Source of the DNA: Leptospiraceae bacterium
Lineage (GTDB): Bacteria; Spirochaetota; Leptospiria; Leptospirales; Leptonemataceae
Assembly: GCA_040217195.1 (NCBI GenBank)
Contig: JAVJNR010000005.1
Location: 480,001-544,000 of the forward strand
Reading direction: 5' to 3'
DNA: 64,000 nt
A model generated the notes under the pieces. The model ran no database searches, was not told the DNA's origin, and saw only the letters and a program-made list of their open reading frames with translations. Below, piece after piece: positions 10,214 through 19,381 of this stretch (position 1 is the stretch's first letter; each line of letters begins with the position of its first letter). The position numbers and the translations under genes were made by a program.

Positions 10214-10729
10214 ATGAGTGAAACGGCTACTGTAGGCGGAGGATGCTTCTGGTGTCTGGAAGCAGTATTTCAAAGGATTAAAGGAGTGGAGTCCGTAGTA
10301 TCTGGATACTCGGCTGGCAACGTACCCAATCCGGATTATAAATCTGTTTGTTCCGGAAAAACAGGTCATGCTGAAGTGGTACAGATTACCTTTGATCCAG
10401 AGAAAGTGAGTTATGAACAAATATTGGAAGTGTTCTGGGCTTCTCATGATCCTACCACTCTGAATCGACAGGGAAACGATGTGGGGACTCAGTATCGTTC
10501 CATCATCTTAACGCATGGTGAGGATCAGCAGGAGAAGGCCAGAAAATCCATTCAAGCCTGGCAGCCAGAATTCAAGGATCCCATCGTAACCCAGGTAGAA
10601 CCGCTGGAGAAGTTCTATGCTGCGGAAGACTACCACCAGGATTATTTCAATCAGAATAAAGGAAATCCGTACTGTATGTTTGTAATTCATCCCAAGTTAC
10701 AAAAACTCGGAATGTCCGTATCCAGTTAA
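10214..10729 (+). CDS. msrA: Peptide-methionine (S)-S-oxide reductase
   Basis: GGGCFWC, TGHAE, RQGNDVGTQYRS, AEDYHQDY. Confidence 0.96.
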   Translation: MSETATVGGGCFWCLEAVFQRIKGVESVVSGYSAGNVPNPDYKSVCSGKTGHAEVVQITFDPEKVSYEQILEVFWASHDPTTLNRQGNDVGTQYRSIILTHGEDQQEKARKSIQAWQPEFKDPIVTQVEPLEKFYAAEDYHQDYFNQNKGNPYCMFVIHPKLQKLGMSVSS

Positions 10730-10850
10730 TACCAAATATATGACGCTGGCAGCCAATAGGGCTGCAGCCGGGTCAGCCGGTGTAGAATTCGAGACCATAG
10801 ATTCCCGGCCCGGAGATTGACTTTTAAGCCCGGGGCATGGTCTATTACTT

Positions 10851-11348
10851 CTATTTTCTTTTCTTCTTCCAGTCCTTTAACTTTTTCTGTCCCCAGCGAT
10901 AGTGACTGATGATGGCGCCCGCCAGATACGTTGTAATCGCATTCTTGCCACACCAGGCAAACTGGGCAGGCTGCAACAATTGCGTCTCGGTGAGGCCCTC
11001 CGCTAACTTTAGAAGCTTCTTATGGGTGGATTTCATTTTCTTTTCTGCTTCCGCTAGAGACATATCCCGGTACTTCTCATAGATGTCATGGTTCAGCCTG
11101 GGAGTTTCGCTCCATTTATATCCGGGCGCCGGCATCTCCACCGAGCCCTTTTGTCCATCACGATGCCAGATCAATACCATGTTGTGCCATTCATGAATAT
11201 GAGCCATCATATCGCGCACATTCCAACCTTCTCCCCAGACAGTGTTATCCATCATTTCTTCGTCGCTTAATTCATCCAGAAGCGTTGAGAAACGATTCCA
11301 TTCCAGTTCCACCGTACTTAAAAAATCTGCTTTATCTTTAAACTTCAT
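10851..11348 (-). CDS. ClbS/DfsB (DUF1706) family four-helix-bundle protein
   Basis: RDMMAHIHEWH, PAPGYKW...LN..IYEKY, SHY.W..KKLK.W motifs. Confidence 0.8.
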   Translation of the reverse strand: MKFKDKADFLSTVELEWNRFSTLLDELSDEEMMDNTVWGEGWNVRDMMAHIHEWHNMVLIWHRDGQKGSVEMPAPGYKWSETPRLNHDIYEKYRDMSLAEAEKKMKSTHKKLLKLAEGLTETQLLQPAQFAWCGKNAITTYLAGAIISHYRWGQKKLKDWKKKRK

Positions 11349-11493
11349 TACTGCCTCCCTGGAAGATCTGAGTGAGATAGGACATTACAACACGATTATT
11401 AAAATTCTTTTTGCGAACCGCAATTCCTCTCTTGACCCATATTCGCAAAGCGCTTCCAAAAGAATCAATAACAAATCAATGCATGCAGTCCAT

Positions 11494-11757
11494 TTAAGGA
11501 TTTTGTTTCAATAGTCCCTGCTCCTTCAGAAAGTTGCGGGCAACCAGAAAGGCAATGCTTTCTCCTTTCTCCTCCAGCTACCTTCGCACATCCTCCGGAG
11601 AGGCAGTATCTAAAAGAGTGACCCCATTGTCCATACTGGCGAATTCACTGTTTTTCTTTAGATATAGAATCTGAATCCGACGGTCTTTGCCCGGTAACTC
11701 GGCCACAAAATCGGACTCCGGATTGGAGAGCTATTTCACCAGAGCAGGAGCTGCCAT
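11494..11757 (-). pseudogene. Decayed reading frame, possibly a C-terminal remnant of an OpuAC/OsmF-type osmoprotectant-binding protein
   Basis: An 88-codon frame from ATG (11757) to TAA (11494) is interrupted by two in-frame TAGs. It ends ...GESIAFLVARNFLKEQGLL, which resembles the VA..FL...GL C-terminus of OpuAC/OsmF proteins. Confidence 0.35.
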
Positions 11758-11772
11758 GACCATCAGACCTTT

Positions 11773-12903
11773 TTATCTTTCCAGGGACCGATTCTTTTTG
11801 CGATACTGCCCCGGAGATAAGCCAGTCCGAATACGAAAGGCCTGGTTAAACACAGACTTGGAATTGAAACCTACATCCATGGCAATGCTCAGAATACTGT
11901 CATCGCTTTCTATTAGGCGACGACAGGCTTCCTGCACTCGGTATCCATTTACAAACTGATTGAAGTTTTGCTTCCAGTGGGTATTGATAATTCCGGAAAG
12001 CTTTTCCCGGGAGATGGGTTGCTTCTCAGACAGAGCCTGCGCCATGGAGGCCAGGGTTAAATCCTCCACTAGAAAGAGCCTTTCGCTCTCCATGAGACTC
12101 TGTATTTCTAGAACGAGCGACTGAGAATCCGTGCTGAACTTCCGGGTCCGACTTGCCAGCGGAAATCTCTGCAAATAAAGGAACAGGCCACAGACGGAAA
12201 AGGAAATGATGGCTGCACCCATTCCATGCCAGGGCCCGTCCAATTCCAGTTGATACTGTGCGAACACGCAGAGGGTTGTGCCCACTCCTCCCAGGCCCGC
12301 CAGAAAGGGAATCCAGAACCTGGCCGGACCTGGTGCCAATTCACGATTTCTCCAGGCAATCCAGATTAATTGCATGGCTACCAGTACCGAGGCCAACCGG
12401 GGCAGGTAGGAAACCGTATAGAGCCACCAGTCTCGATGAGGAGAATCTACATGGGACCAGGCCGCGATGGAACGTATGCCAAACAAGTCCGGTGTCATAA
12501 TTTTCAGACGATAGACCAGAAATGCAAGACCGGCCAGCAGGACTCCTACGGTGAGCCAGCGAACCAGCTTTCCAGAACCATCCGGTCGCAATAGCCCATA
12601 ACCAAAGGCCCAGAACTGAACCGGAAAGGCCAGAGCCGCCAGAAACTGCACAGGTCCGGTCCAGACCAGCACCGGATCCGCCACTTCTGAAAGGAGCAAT
12701 CCGGTATGTCCCTGCCAGAGCCCCAGAGATACCATCATTCCTGCACCGGCCCTGTCCCGGGGTGCCTTTTGCGGACGAATGAGAAATCCCAGAAAAAGCA
12801 GAAAGCTCAGCAAAGAGCCCAGAAGTACCGGAATCGCCCACAGGATCACAGCTCGATGGAAGTCCGGAGCAGAAAGCAGGCAATCGAAAAAGTCTCGGAT
12901 CAT
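11773..12903 (-). CDS. Membrane-anchored (multi-TM) AraC family transcriptional regulator
   Basis: About 6-7 hydrophobic segments, then DLTLASMA...LS.IIN...NFNQFVNGYRV...SILSIAMDVGFNSKSVFNQAF..TGLSP. Confidence 0.88.
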   Translation of the reverse strand: MIRDFFDCLLSAPDFHRAVILWAIPVLLGSLLSFLLFLGFLIRPQKAPRDRAGAGMMVSLGLWQGHTGLLLSEVADPVLVWTGPVQFLAALAFPVQFWAFGYGLLRPDGSGKLVRWLTVGVLLAGLAFLVYRLKIMTPDLFGIRSIAAWSHVDSPHRDWWLYTVSYLPRLASVLVAMQLIWIAWRNRELAPGPARFWIPFLAGLGGVGTTLCVFAQYQLELDGPWHGMGAAIISFSVCGLFLYLQRFPLASRTRKFSTDSQSLVLEIQSLMESERLFLVEDLTLASMAQALSEKQPISREKLSGIINTHWKQNFNQFVNGYRVQEACRRLIESDDSILSIAMDVGFNSKSVFNQAFRIRTGLSPGQYRKKNRSLER

Positions 12904-12945
12904 GAATCCGGTCGATTTCCCTTCGATTTTTCGTAAAATGGAACC

Positions 12946-13911
12946 ATGAAACTATTTCTCACAGGTGGCTCCGGATTCGTAGGCGGGGCCATAGCAAAGA
13001 AACTTTCCAGAAAGCATACAATCCTGGCCATGTCACGATCTGAATCCAGCGATACCAGACTGCGTGCTCCGGGCGTACAACCGGTTCGAGGATCCCTGAA
13101 TTCTCTGGAAAACATAGATCTGACTGGAGTGGACTGTATCATTCATTGTGCGGCCTTCGTTGGCCCCTGGGGGAGTCGCAAAGAATTCATGAAAGGAAAC
13201 GTGGAAGGAACACGAGCCTTGCTCCAGGCGGCCAGCCAGGCAGGTGTGAGTAGATTCATTCATATGGGAACTGAAGCCGCTTTCTTTCGTGGCCAGCACA
13301 TGCGGCAGATTGATGAAACCTATCCCTATCCTACCAGCACTCCCTATCTGTACAGCGAAAGCAAAGGAGAGGCAGAAAGGCTGGTTTTAAACCACGAATC
13401 CAGAATGGATACGATTGTGTTACGTCCTCGTTTCGTCTGGGGACCGGGAGATACATCGGTTCGTAGAGTTCTCAAGCAGATGGTGGAAGAAGGAAAATTC
13501 ATGTGGATCGGAGGCGGAGCAGCCCGTACATCCACAACATACATCGATAACCTGGTCCATGCTGTGGAACTGGCCCTGACAGAGGGCAGCAGTGGGCGGG
13601 CCTATTTTATCACCGATGGAGAAGACACTACGTTCAAAGAATTCCTCACGGAAATGATGGATACCCAGGGAGTGCAGCTACCGGAAAAATCAATCCCTTC
13701 CTGGCTGGCCAGCACCGCGGCTCGACTGGTCGAAGGTAGCTTTCGCCTGGTAGGGGCAAAATCGGAACCTCCTTTAATGCGCTTTCCCACAGATCTTATG
13801 GGCCGGGAATGCACCATCCGAATTGACCGGGCGCGAAAAGAGCTGGGATATGCACCGCTAGTTAGCGTTTCAGATGGAATGCAGGCTCTTCGCTCGGAAA
13901 GGGCGGACTGA
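12946..13911 (+). CDS. NAD-dependent epimerase/dehydratase (extended SDR, 3-beta-HSD-like)
   Basis: TGGSGFVG, HCAA, YSESK (YxxxK), LRPRFVWGPGD. Divergent from the AraC gene. Confidence 0.9.
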   Translation: MKLFLTGGSGFVGGAIAKKLSRKHTILAMSRSESSDTRLRAPGVQPVRGSLNSLENIDLTGVDCIIHCAAFVGPWGSRKEFMKGNVEGTRALLQAASQAGVSRFIHMGTEAAFFRGQHMRQIDETYPYPTSTPYLYSESKGEAERLVLNHESRMDTIVLRPRFVWGPGDTSVRRVLKQMVEEGKFMWIGGGAARTSTTYIDNLVHAVELALTEGSSGRAYFITDGEDTTFKEFLTEMMDTQGVQLPEKSIPSWLASTAARLVEGSFRLVGAKSEPPLMRFPTDLMGRECTIRIDRARKELGYAPLVSVSDGMQALRSERAD

Positions 13912-13982
13912 GCAGTGGAACTAAAACACAGTAAAATGACTTTTAAATTGGCTTGCTGGATGGAAGCTTTCTCTGGAAAGGG

Positions 13983-14306
13983 ATGAGTGATTCTCCGGTA
14001 ATTGATCTGAGATACAGGCCCAGCCTCAATGAAAACCAGGAGCGGATAGAAGCTGTAGGAAAGGATGCCTCCGAATCTGACTTCCTGATACTTACAAATC
14101 ATAGCATCGAACAAAGACTGGTTGATCGGTGCTTTTCTCTGAGCCTGGAATTTTTTCAGCTACCCAATGAGGCAAAACTAGAGTATTCTACCAATCGCTT
14201 TGCCGGCTCCAATCCAATAAATAAGAACGTTGCCATGGTGCATTATGCAGATTTTCTGGAAAAGAAGGTCCAGTCTTTCGGTGAGTATTCCAGGAAAGCC
14301 AGGTGA
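13983..14306 (+). pseudogene. Internally deleted 2OG-Fe(II) oxygenase (isopenicillin-N-synthase-like) remnant
   Basis: DIOX_N-like N-terminus (PVIDL...FLILTNHSI...EFFQLP.E.K.EY) is joined directly to a C-terminal-like tail (PI...YADFLEKKV). The HxD...H catalytic core is absent. Confidence 0.6.
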
Positions 14307-14373
14307 TAAGATGAGATTCGATCACATTGAGAATTTCGACTCTATCTGTTTAATACAATAGAGACACAGCCAC

Positions 14374-15600
14374 TTAACGACGGGACATTCTCAAAAGCAA
14401 ATAATCCAGTCCAAATACCATGCCCACAATAGAACCCAGAATTAGGAAAGTTACGAACGGCTCCCAGATTAGAAATCCGCCCAGGATTCCCAGAAAACAG
14501 CCCAGGTACTGAATGTATTGTAGCTGATCCGAGGTAGAGTTTAGAAGAAGCCTTTCCAGACGAATCTCATCTAGCTTTCGCAGGTTATCTGTTATAATTT
14601 CCTGAACATTGATCTGCTCCACCAGAAACAGTACTCCATTGAGCACAGCTTCTTCCAGCACATCGCCACGCTTCTCCATCATGTCAGGAAGATGATGCAA
14701 ATAGTCCACAAGTTGATCTTCGTAGTGGTCCATTGTAAAAGTCATAGAATCCACCAGCTCTTCCAGCCTTTCGCTTACATCGCGATCGCCGGAAAACATT
14801 CTGTATAGTTTTAGAACGCCGCTTTCCAGGCCTCCCACATCGTCAAAATCTATACCTTTTACAAATTGCTTGATATTCTTCTTGAACTCATCCGAGCGAA
14901 TAAAGCCCTGAATGTAGTGCTCGGCCATGTCGATGACATCGTTCACAAATTCTGGCTGATTGATTACTTCTCGAATGGTGCGAGTCAGATTCTCTCTATG
15001 ATGAGTAATTAATCCGGATTCCCGAATCTGTTCTAAAATTAGTTCAGGATTGATAATTTCCCGGCTAATGGACTCTCCCAGTTTAAGAGCAATTCTTTCT
15101 TTGCGAGACGGGATAAGGCCCTGTCCCAGAAGAGGACGCTTATGCCTGGGATGAAATAGCATCTTGATAGCAACCCAGTTTGTACCAAAGCCAATTAAAC
15201 CGGATACTGTGAGCATACGAAGAAGCCCGTTCAATTCCAGTGTATGATCCCGGAAAGGTAATTCCACGGTTCCGCTGAAATCCCAGAACATGGAAAGAAT
15301 AAATCCGGCCCCCGTCAGCCAGGGAAGTAGCTTCAATGCGAAAAGGGTGAAGGAAAAACCAGAATCGGGAACCGGAGGCACTTCCTCAAAAGGCTTCTGC
15401 TCCGGAAGCACCCTGGTAGCCCATTTCTGCAAAAATCCGCTCAGTCGGGATAGATCCAATCCGGAAAGATCCGGGGCCCCTTTACTTGCAGTACTTCCCG
15501 CATTCTGTGAGCTGGAATCCGGGGACGGACCCGAGGGGCCATTTGCCCTGGCCTGATTCTCCTGCTGGGATTCTTTGCCGGGTTCGTTTTTCTCTTCCAT
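14374..15600 (-). CDS. DUF445 (YheB-like) membrane protein
   Basis: GLIGFGTNWVAIKMLFHP...QGLIP.RKERIA and C-terminal QLQYIQYLGCFLGILGG. Confidence 0.85.
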   Translation of the reverse strand: MEEKNEPGKESQQENQARANGPSGPSPDSSSQNAGSTASKGAPDLSGLDLSRLSGFLQKWATRVLPEQKPFEEVPPVPDSGFSFTLFALKLLPWLTGAGFILSMFWDFSGTVELPFRDHTLELNGLLRMLTVSGLIGFGTNWVAIKMLFHPRHKRPLLGQGLIPSRKERIALKLGESISREIINPELILEQIRESGLITHHRENLTRTIREVINQPEFVNDVIDMAEHYIQGFIRSDEFKKNIKQFVKGIDFDDVGGLESGVLKLYRMFSGDRDVSERLEELVDSMTFTMDHYEDQLVDYLHHLPDMMEKRGDVLEEAVLNGVLFLVEQINVQEIITDNLRKLDEIRLERLLLNSTSDQLQYIQYLGCFLGILGGFLIWEPFVTFLILGSIVGMVFGLDYLLLRMSRR

Positions 15601-15633
15601 GATCTTGATAACCGATTCTGAACCTGATCTCTA

Positions 15634-17172
15634 TTAGAGGATATACTGACTCAGATCTCGATTCTCCACAATGGACTGAAGTCTATCCTGCACAAAGGCT
15701 CGATCCACAACCACCTTTTTGTTTTCAATCTCCGGCGCCTGAAAAGAAACCTCTTCTAGCAGATGCTCCATAATTGTATGTAACCTTCTGGCACCGATGT
15801 TTTCCGTCTGATCATTGACTCGAAAGGCGACAGAGGCGATTTCTTCCAGTCCATCGTTGGTAAATGTGAGTTCCACATCTTCTGTGGCCAGCAGGGCCTG
15901 GGCCTGCCTGGTCAGCGAATTTTCCGGGCCTGTCAGTATTTGCAGAAAATCCTTTTCCGTGAGCTTTTCCAGCTCTACACGAATCGGAAATCGCCCCTGT
16001 AATTCTGGAATTAGATCCGATGGCCTTGTCGCATGAAACGCTCCAGCGGCCACAAACAGTATATGATCCGTCTTCACCGGTCCATTTCGGGTATTAACAG
16101 TGGCCCCCTCTACAATCGGAAGCAGATCTCTTTGCACTCCTTCGCGGCTTACATCCGGGCTGCCGCCAGTGCTTTTTCCACAGACCTTATCTATTTCATC
16201 GATAAATACAATCCCTAACTGCTCGGTTCGTCGGATGGCTTCGGACTGCACCTTTTCAGGATCTACCAGCTTTTCCAGCTCTTCATGGAATAGAATCTTC
16301 TTAGCATCTTCTACTGAGACCTTGCGACGTCTGGTCTTTCTGGGCATCATATCTCCCAGCATATTCTGAAGCTGCATATCCATTTCTTCCATATTTGGAC
16401 CGGACAGCACTTGAACCATAGGTGAAGACTGGCTGGATACTTCGATTTCGATTTCCTTATCATCAAATTCGCCGGCCTGAAGTTTTTGCCGCATTAGCTC
16501 TCGCACCCGGGCTTTCTTCTGAGCATCCTCTGCGTTGGCAGCGCTGGAATCAGACGAGGAAGTTTCGCTGCTGGTTGCCGGCTCGGATGCTGGAGCGCTG
16601 GAAGCAGGCTGCGAATTTCCCTGCCCTGTCATTTGTTCAAAGGAACGCTGGAGGTTACGGGCAAAATCGCTTAGATCGCCAATGCCCCCGGTGGGTGCAT
16701 TACTCGACTGCGCCGAGGATCCAGACCCGGGAAGTAAAGCATCCAGAACTCTCTCTTCTGTGTTCTTACGAGCCTGCTGCTCCACGGTGGCCTGAAATTC
16801 CTTCTTCACCAGGTTAATGGCTCCGGAAAGCAAGTCACGAATCATGGACTCCACATCCCGGCCAACGTATCCCACTTCCGTATACTTGGTAGCTTCAACC
16901 TTTACAAAAGGTGCTCCACTCAGTCGCGCCAGTCTACGTGCGATTTCCGTTTTGCCACATCCGGTGGGCCCAATCATTACAATGTTCTTTGGATAGATCT
17001 CTTCTTGAAGAAATGCATCCTCCACCTTCTGGCGACGAACACGATTTCGAATTGCAATGGCAACTGCCTTCTTGGCATCCTTTTGCCCCACAATGTACTT
17101 ATCAAGTTCCGCTACTATCTGCGTTGGAGTCATTGTCTCCACGCTAATTCTTTCTTCTAAATGATCTGACAT
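15634..17172 (-). CDS. hslU: ATP-dependent protease ATPase subunit HslU
   Basis: PKNIVMIGPTGCGKTEIARRLA, KVEATKYTEVGYVGRDVES, DEIDK, GVQRDLLP, ENIGARRL. Confidence 0.97.
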   Translation of the reverse strand: MSDHLEERISVETMTPTQIVAELDKYIVGQKDAKKAVAIAIRNRVRRQKVEDAFLQEEIYPKNIVMIGPTGCGKTEIARRLARLSGAPFVKVEATKYTEVGYVGRDVESMIRDLLSGAINLVKKEFQATVEQQARKNTEERVLDALLPGSGSSAQSSNAPTGGIGDLSDFARNLQRSFEQMTGQGNSQPASSAPASEPATSSETSSSDSSAANAEDAQKKARVRELMRQKLQAGEFDDKEIEIEVSSQSSPMVQVLSGPNMEEMDMQLQNMLGDMMPRKTRRRKVSVEDAKKILFHEELEKLVDPEKVQSEAIRRTEQLGIVFIDEIDKVCGKSTGGSPDVSREGVQRDLLPIVEGATVNTRNGPVKTDHILFVAAGAFHATRPSDLIPELQGRFPIRVELEKLTEKDFLQILTGPENSLTRQAQALLATEDVELTFTNDGLEEIASVAFRVNDQTENIGARRLHTIMEHLLEEVSFQAPEIENKKVVVDRAFVQDRLQSIVENRDLSQYIL

Positions 17173-17190
17173 GAATTCCTCTGGCCGGAT

Positions 17191-17733
17191 TCAGGACTGC
17201 TCCAGCACCTCAATACTAATGTTGGTATTGGTAAATACGCAAATCTCACCTGCTAGATGCATAGATTTTTCAACTATGTCTCTGGCGCTCATATCGGTAT
17301 TCTCCAGCAAGGCCCTGGCTGCTGCCAGAGCATAGTTTCCACCAGAACCGATGGCCAGCACTCCATCATCCGAACTGATCACATCGCCAGTCCCGGATAT
17401 TAGAAATGATTCCGATGCATCTGCCACAATTAAGAGCGCTTCCAGGCGTCTGAGCATTCGATCCGTGCGCCATTCCCTGGCAAGTTCCACCGCAGCCCTG
17501 CTTAACTGGCTACGGTATTGCTCCACTTTCTTTTCGAATAATTCAAATAGAGTAAAAGCATCCGCAGCAGAGCCGGCAAAGCCTGCCAGGATATCTTTTC
17601 CTTCCAGTCGGCGGATCTTGCGAGCTCCACCTTTCATTACTGTATTGCCCATACTAACCTGACCATCGCCACCGATGGCTGTTTGGCCGTTACGTCGGAC
17701 ACAGAGAATGGTAGTTGAACGAATGCGAGCCAT
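17191..17733 (-). CDS. hslV: ATP-dependent protease peptidase subunit HslV
   Basis: [43 protein letters not shown] 17733 chosen. Confidence 0.97.
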   Translation of the reverse strand: MARIRSTTILCVRRNGQTAIGGDGQVSMGNTVMKGGARKIRRLEGKDILAGFAGSAADAFTLFELFEKKVEQYRSQLSRAAVELAREWRTDRMLRRLEALLIVADASESFLISGTGDVISSDDGVLAIGSGGNYALAAARALLENTDMSARDIVEKSMHLAGEICVFTNTNISIEVLEQS

Positions 17734-17808
17734 TGAGGCCAGATTTGGCCTATTAGCAGGCACGTAAAACCGTTTTTGGCTACGAATCCGGCGATGGAAG
17801 GCTCCGGG

Positions 17809-17835
17809 AAAAAGAAAAAGGCCCCTTGCGGGGCC
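17809..17835 (-). terminator. Rho-independent terminator
   Basis: Minus strand reads GGCCCC-GCAA-GGGGCC followed by TTTTTCTTTTT, downstream of the 17897-18643 gene. Confidence 0.8.
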
Positions 17836-17896
17836 CGAGCGGGAGAAGTGTTCAGTTAATACGTGAAGCCTCTGGCTTCATTTTATTTAGACGAGT

Positions 17897-18643
17897 TTAG
17901 AGATCGATTTGCCACTCATTTCTTTTATTTCTGCGGTCATAATAAGCAGCAATCATCATGTCCATGGAATACAGAGCTGTGCGCAGATTAGAAAACACCA
18001 GCCGGAATGCTTGCAACTGCACTTCAGGGGACATTTTTTCCAGGGTTTCTGGATCCGGGTTGTAGTGCTGCTTTCTGGTTACCAGCTCCATGGTCTGAAT
18101 GTATGGATAATACATCTTCAAGACCTTGCGGGTCCACAAGCTTGTATTGTAAACTCCCCTTTCCATGGAGTCCAGAACCAGACATTTCAGTTCACCATCC
18201 GGGCCATAATGCATTGCCAGGACTTTCTTCGAGTTAACAAAAATACCGTTTCGCCAGGAACCAGGATTATCCTCCAGGACAATCTCCTGGTAGTTGATCA
18301 ATCCACTGAATCGGTCCAGCCGAATCAATTCCTTGTGTTTGGCCTCGATGTCCTCTACGGCCTTGCCAACATTTTCGATTTCCAGCTTGAGCAAACGGGT
18401 GACTTCCGATCGGTACTGGGATTCCTGAGGGTTGTTTCCCCAGGTTTGTTCCCCCAGAATCAATCCTTCTTCCTTTTGCACATTGTTCAATGCATCCTGC
18501 TTGGCGCGATCGCCACATGTGCGCATCGGATCCACCTCGGCCGGCTTCTCCTCCTCGGCCGAATCTTCGGCAAAGGTAGGTACGATCAAAGCGCTTGCAA
18601 AAAGCAGCGCCAGACTAATTGAATATAACAGGGTCCTTTTCAT
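17897..18643 (-). CDS. Exported hypothetical protein (Sec signal peptide)
   Basis: MKRTLLYSISLALLFASALIVPTFA/ED signal peptide, GGGAG RBS and its own terminator. Confidence 0.8.
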   Translation of the reverse strand: MKRTLLYSISLALLFASALIVPTFAEDSAEEEKPAEVDPMRTCGDRAKQDALNNVQKEEGLILGEQTWGNNPQESQYRSEVTRLLKLEIENVGKAVEDIEAKHKELIRLDRFSGLINYQEIVLEDNPGSWRNGIFVNSKKVLAMHYGPDGELKCLVLDSMERGVYNTSLWTRKVLKMYYPYIQTMELVTRKQHYNPDPETLEKMSPEVQLQAFRLVFSNLRTALYSMDMMIAAYYDRRNKRNEWQIDL

Positions 18644-18898
18644 TCGAGTTCTCCCAATGGAAGGTTCGGCTCTACAGGGGTGAGAATAAATGTACGATAA
18701 GAAGAAATCCAGAAAAAATGTTCAATTATTGGAAAAAAGAGCCGATTCTATTGCCTCTCATGGCCAGGTGGATGCAATAATGGACAATCCGGACAGATCA
18801 CCCGATCAGAGAGGCCGATTTGCCAGATTAGAAACAGTTAAGGTGGAAATCTGAACCAACGGTGAATCGGCCTGCGGGAAAATCCGCTGTATTTAAGA

Positions 18899-19279
18899 TC
18901 AGGTAGCCGGCCCGGGATTGCAGGTCCGAACAATTGCCTCATAGAATCCGGCCGATATATTGGAGTTGGTGGTGGCCGGACAGGGAGTGGCCACCAAAAG
19001 TACGAAACACTGATCTACTTTACTCTTATAATAGTGAGTACGACTCAGAATATCCTGAAACTCTCCGTTCAGGCTGTACTGGGCGGCCGTTTCCATCAAT
19101 GGACAGCCCTGGGAGTGCACAATCACACCCAGCTTCAGTTGGTCCAGGGCATCGGTGCGAGAAATCACCTGTTCCCCTTCCAGGAAGGTCAGTGGTTCTT
19201 CGCCCATCCAACCACAGTTGAACAGGAACGGCCCGAACCCAAACAGACCTAATATGAGAGCTTTCCGCAATCCGTTCAT
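18899..19279 (-). CDS. Small lipoprotein, resembles the leptospiral TIGR04452 (YY..C) type
   Basis: ATG 19279 gives MNGLRKALILGLFGFGPFLFN-C (spirochaetal lipobox), with HYYKSKVDQC and a C-terminal Cys. The longer ORF start overlaps alaS and was not used. Confidence 0.6.
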   Translation of the reverse strand: MNGLRKALILGLFGFGPFLFNCGWMGEEPLTFLEGEQVISRTDALDQLKLGVIVHSQGCPLMETAAQYSLNGEFQDILSRTHYYKSKVDQCFVLLVATPCPATTNSNISAGFYEAIVRTCNPGPAT

Positions 19280-19381
19280 GGAGTCGATGGTCAAATTGGA
19301 ACCAGGAGTCAGCACGTCATGCAAAACAATAGCCATCCGATTGGATTGACTGGAAAAAGCAGTCCAAAGCACCGTCCTGTT

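Noticed and set aside
11510..11640. Glycine riboswitch-like words (GGAGA, GAAGGAGCA) on the minus strand
   Set aside because: The CCGAAG and CTCTCAGG core elements and pairing are missing. The region is better explained as a decayed coding frame.
11494..11757. TAG read-through or recoding (two in-frame TAGs)
   Set aside because: TAG terminates clear genes in this window (e.g. alaS at 22231 and yajQ at 22905), so simple decay is more parsimonious.
17909..18622. 237-aa plus-strand ORF
   Set aside because: Antisense shadow of the signal-peptide gene at 17897-18643, with no motifs.
18761..18776. GG-N10-GC element TGGCCAGGTGGATGCA
   Set aside because: Poor match to the consensus, and no plus-strand gene lies directly downstream.
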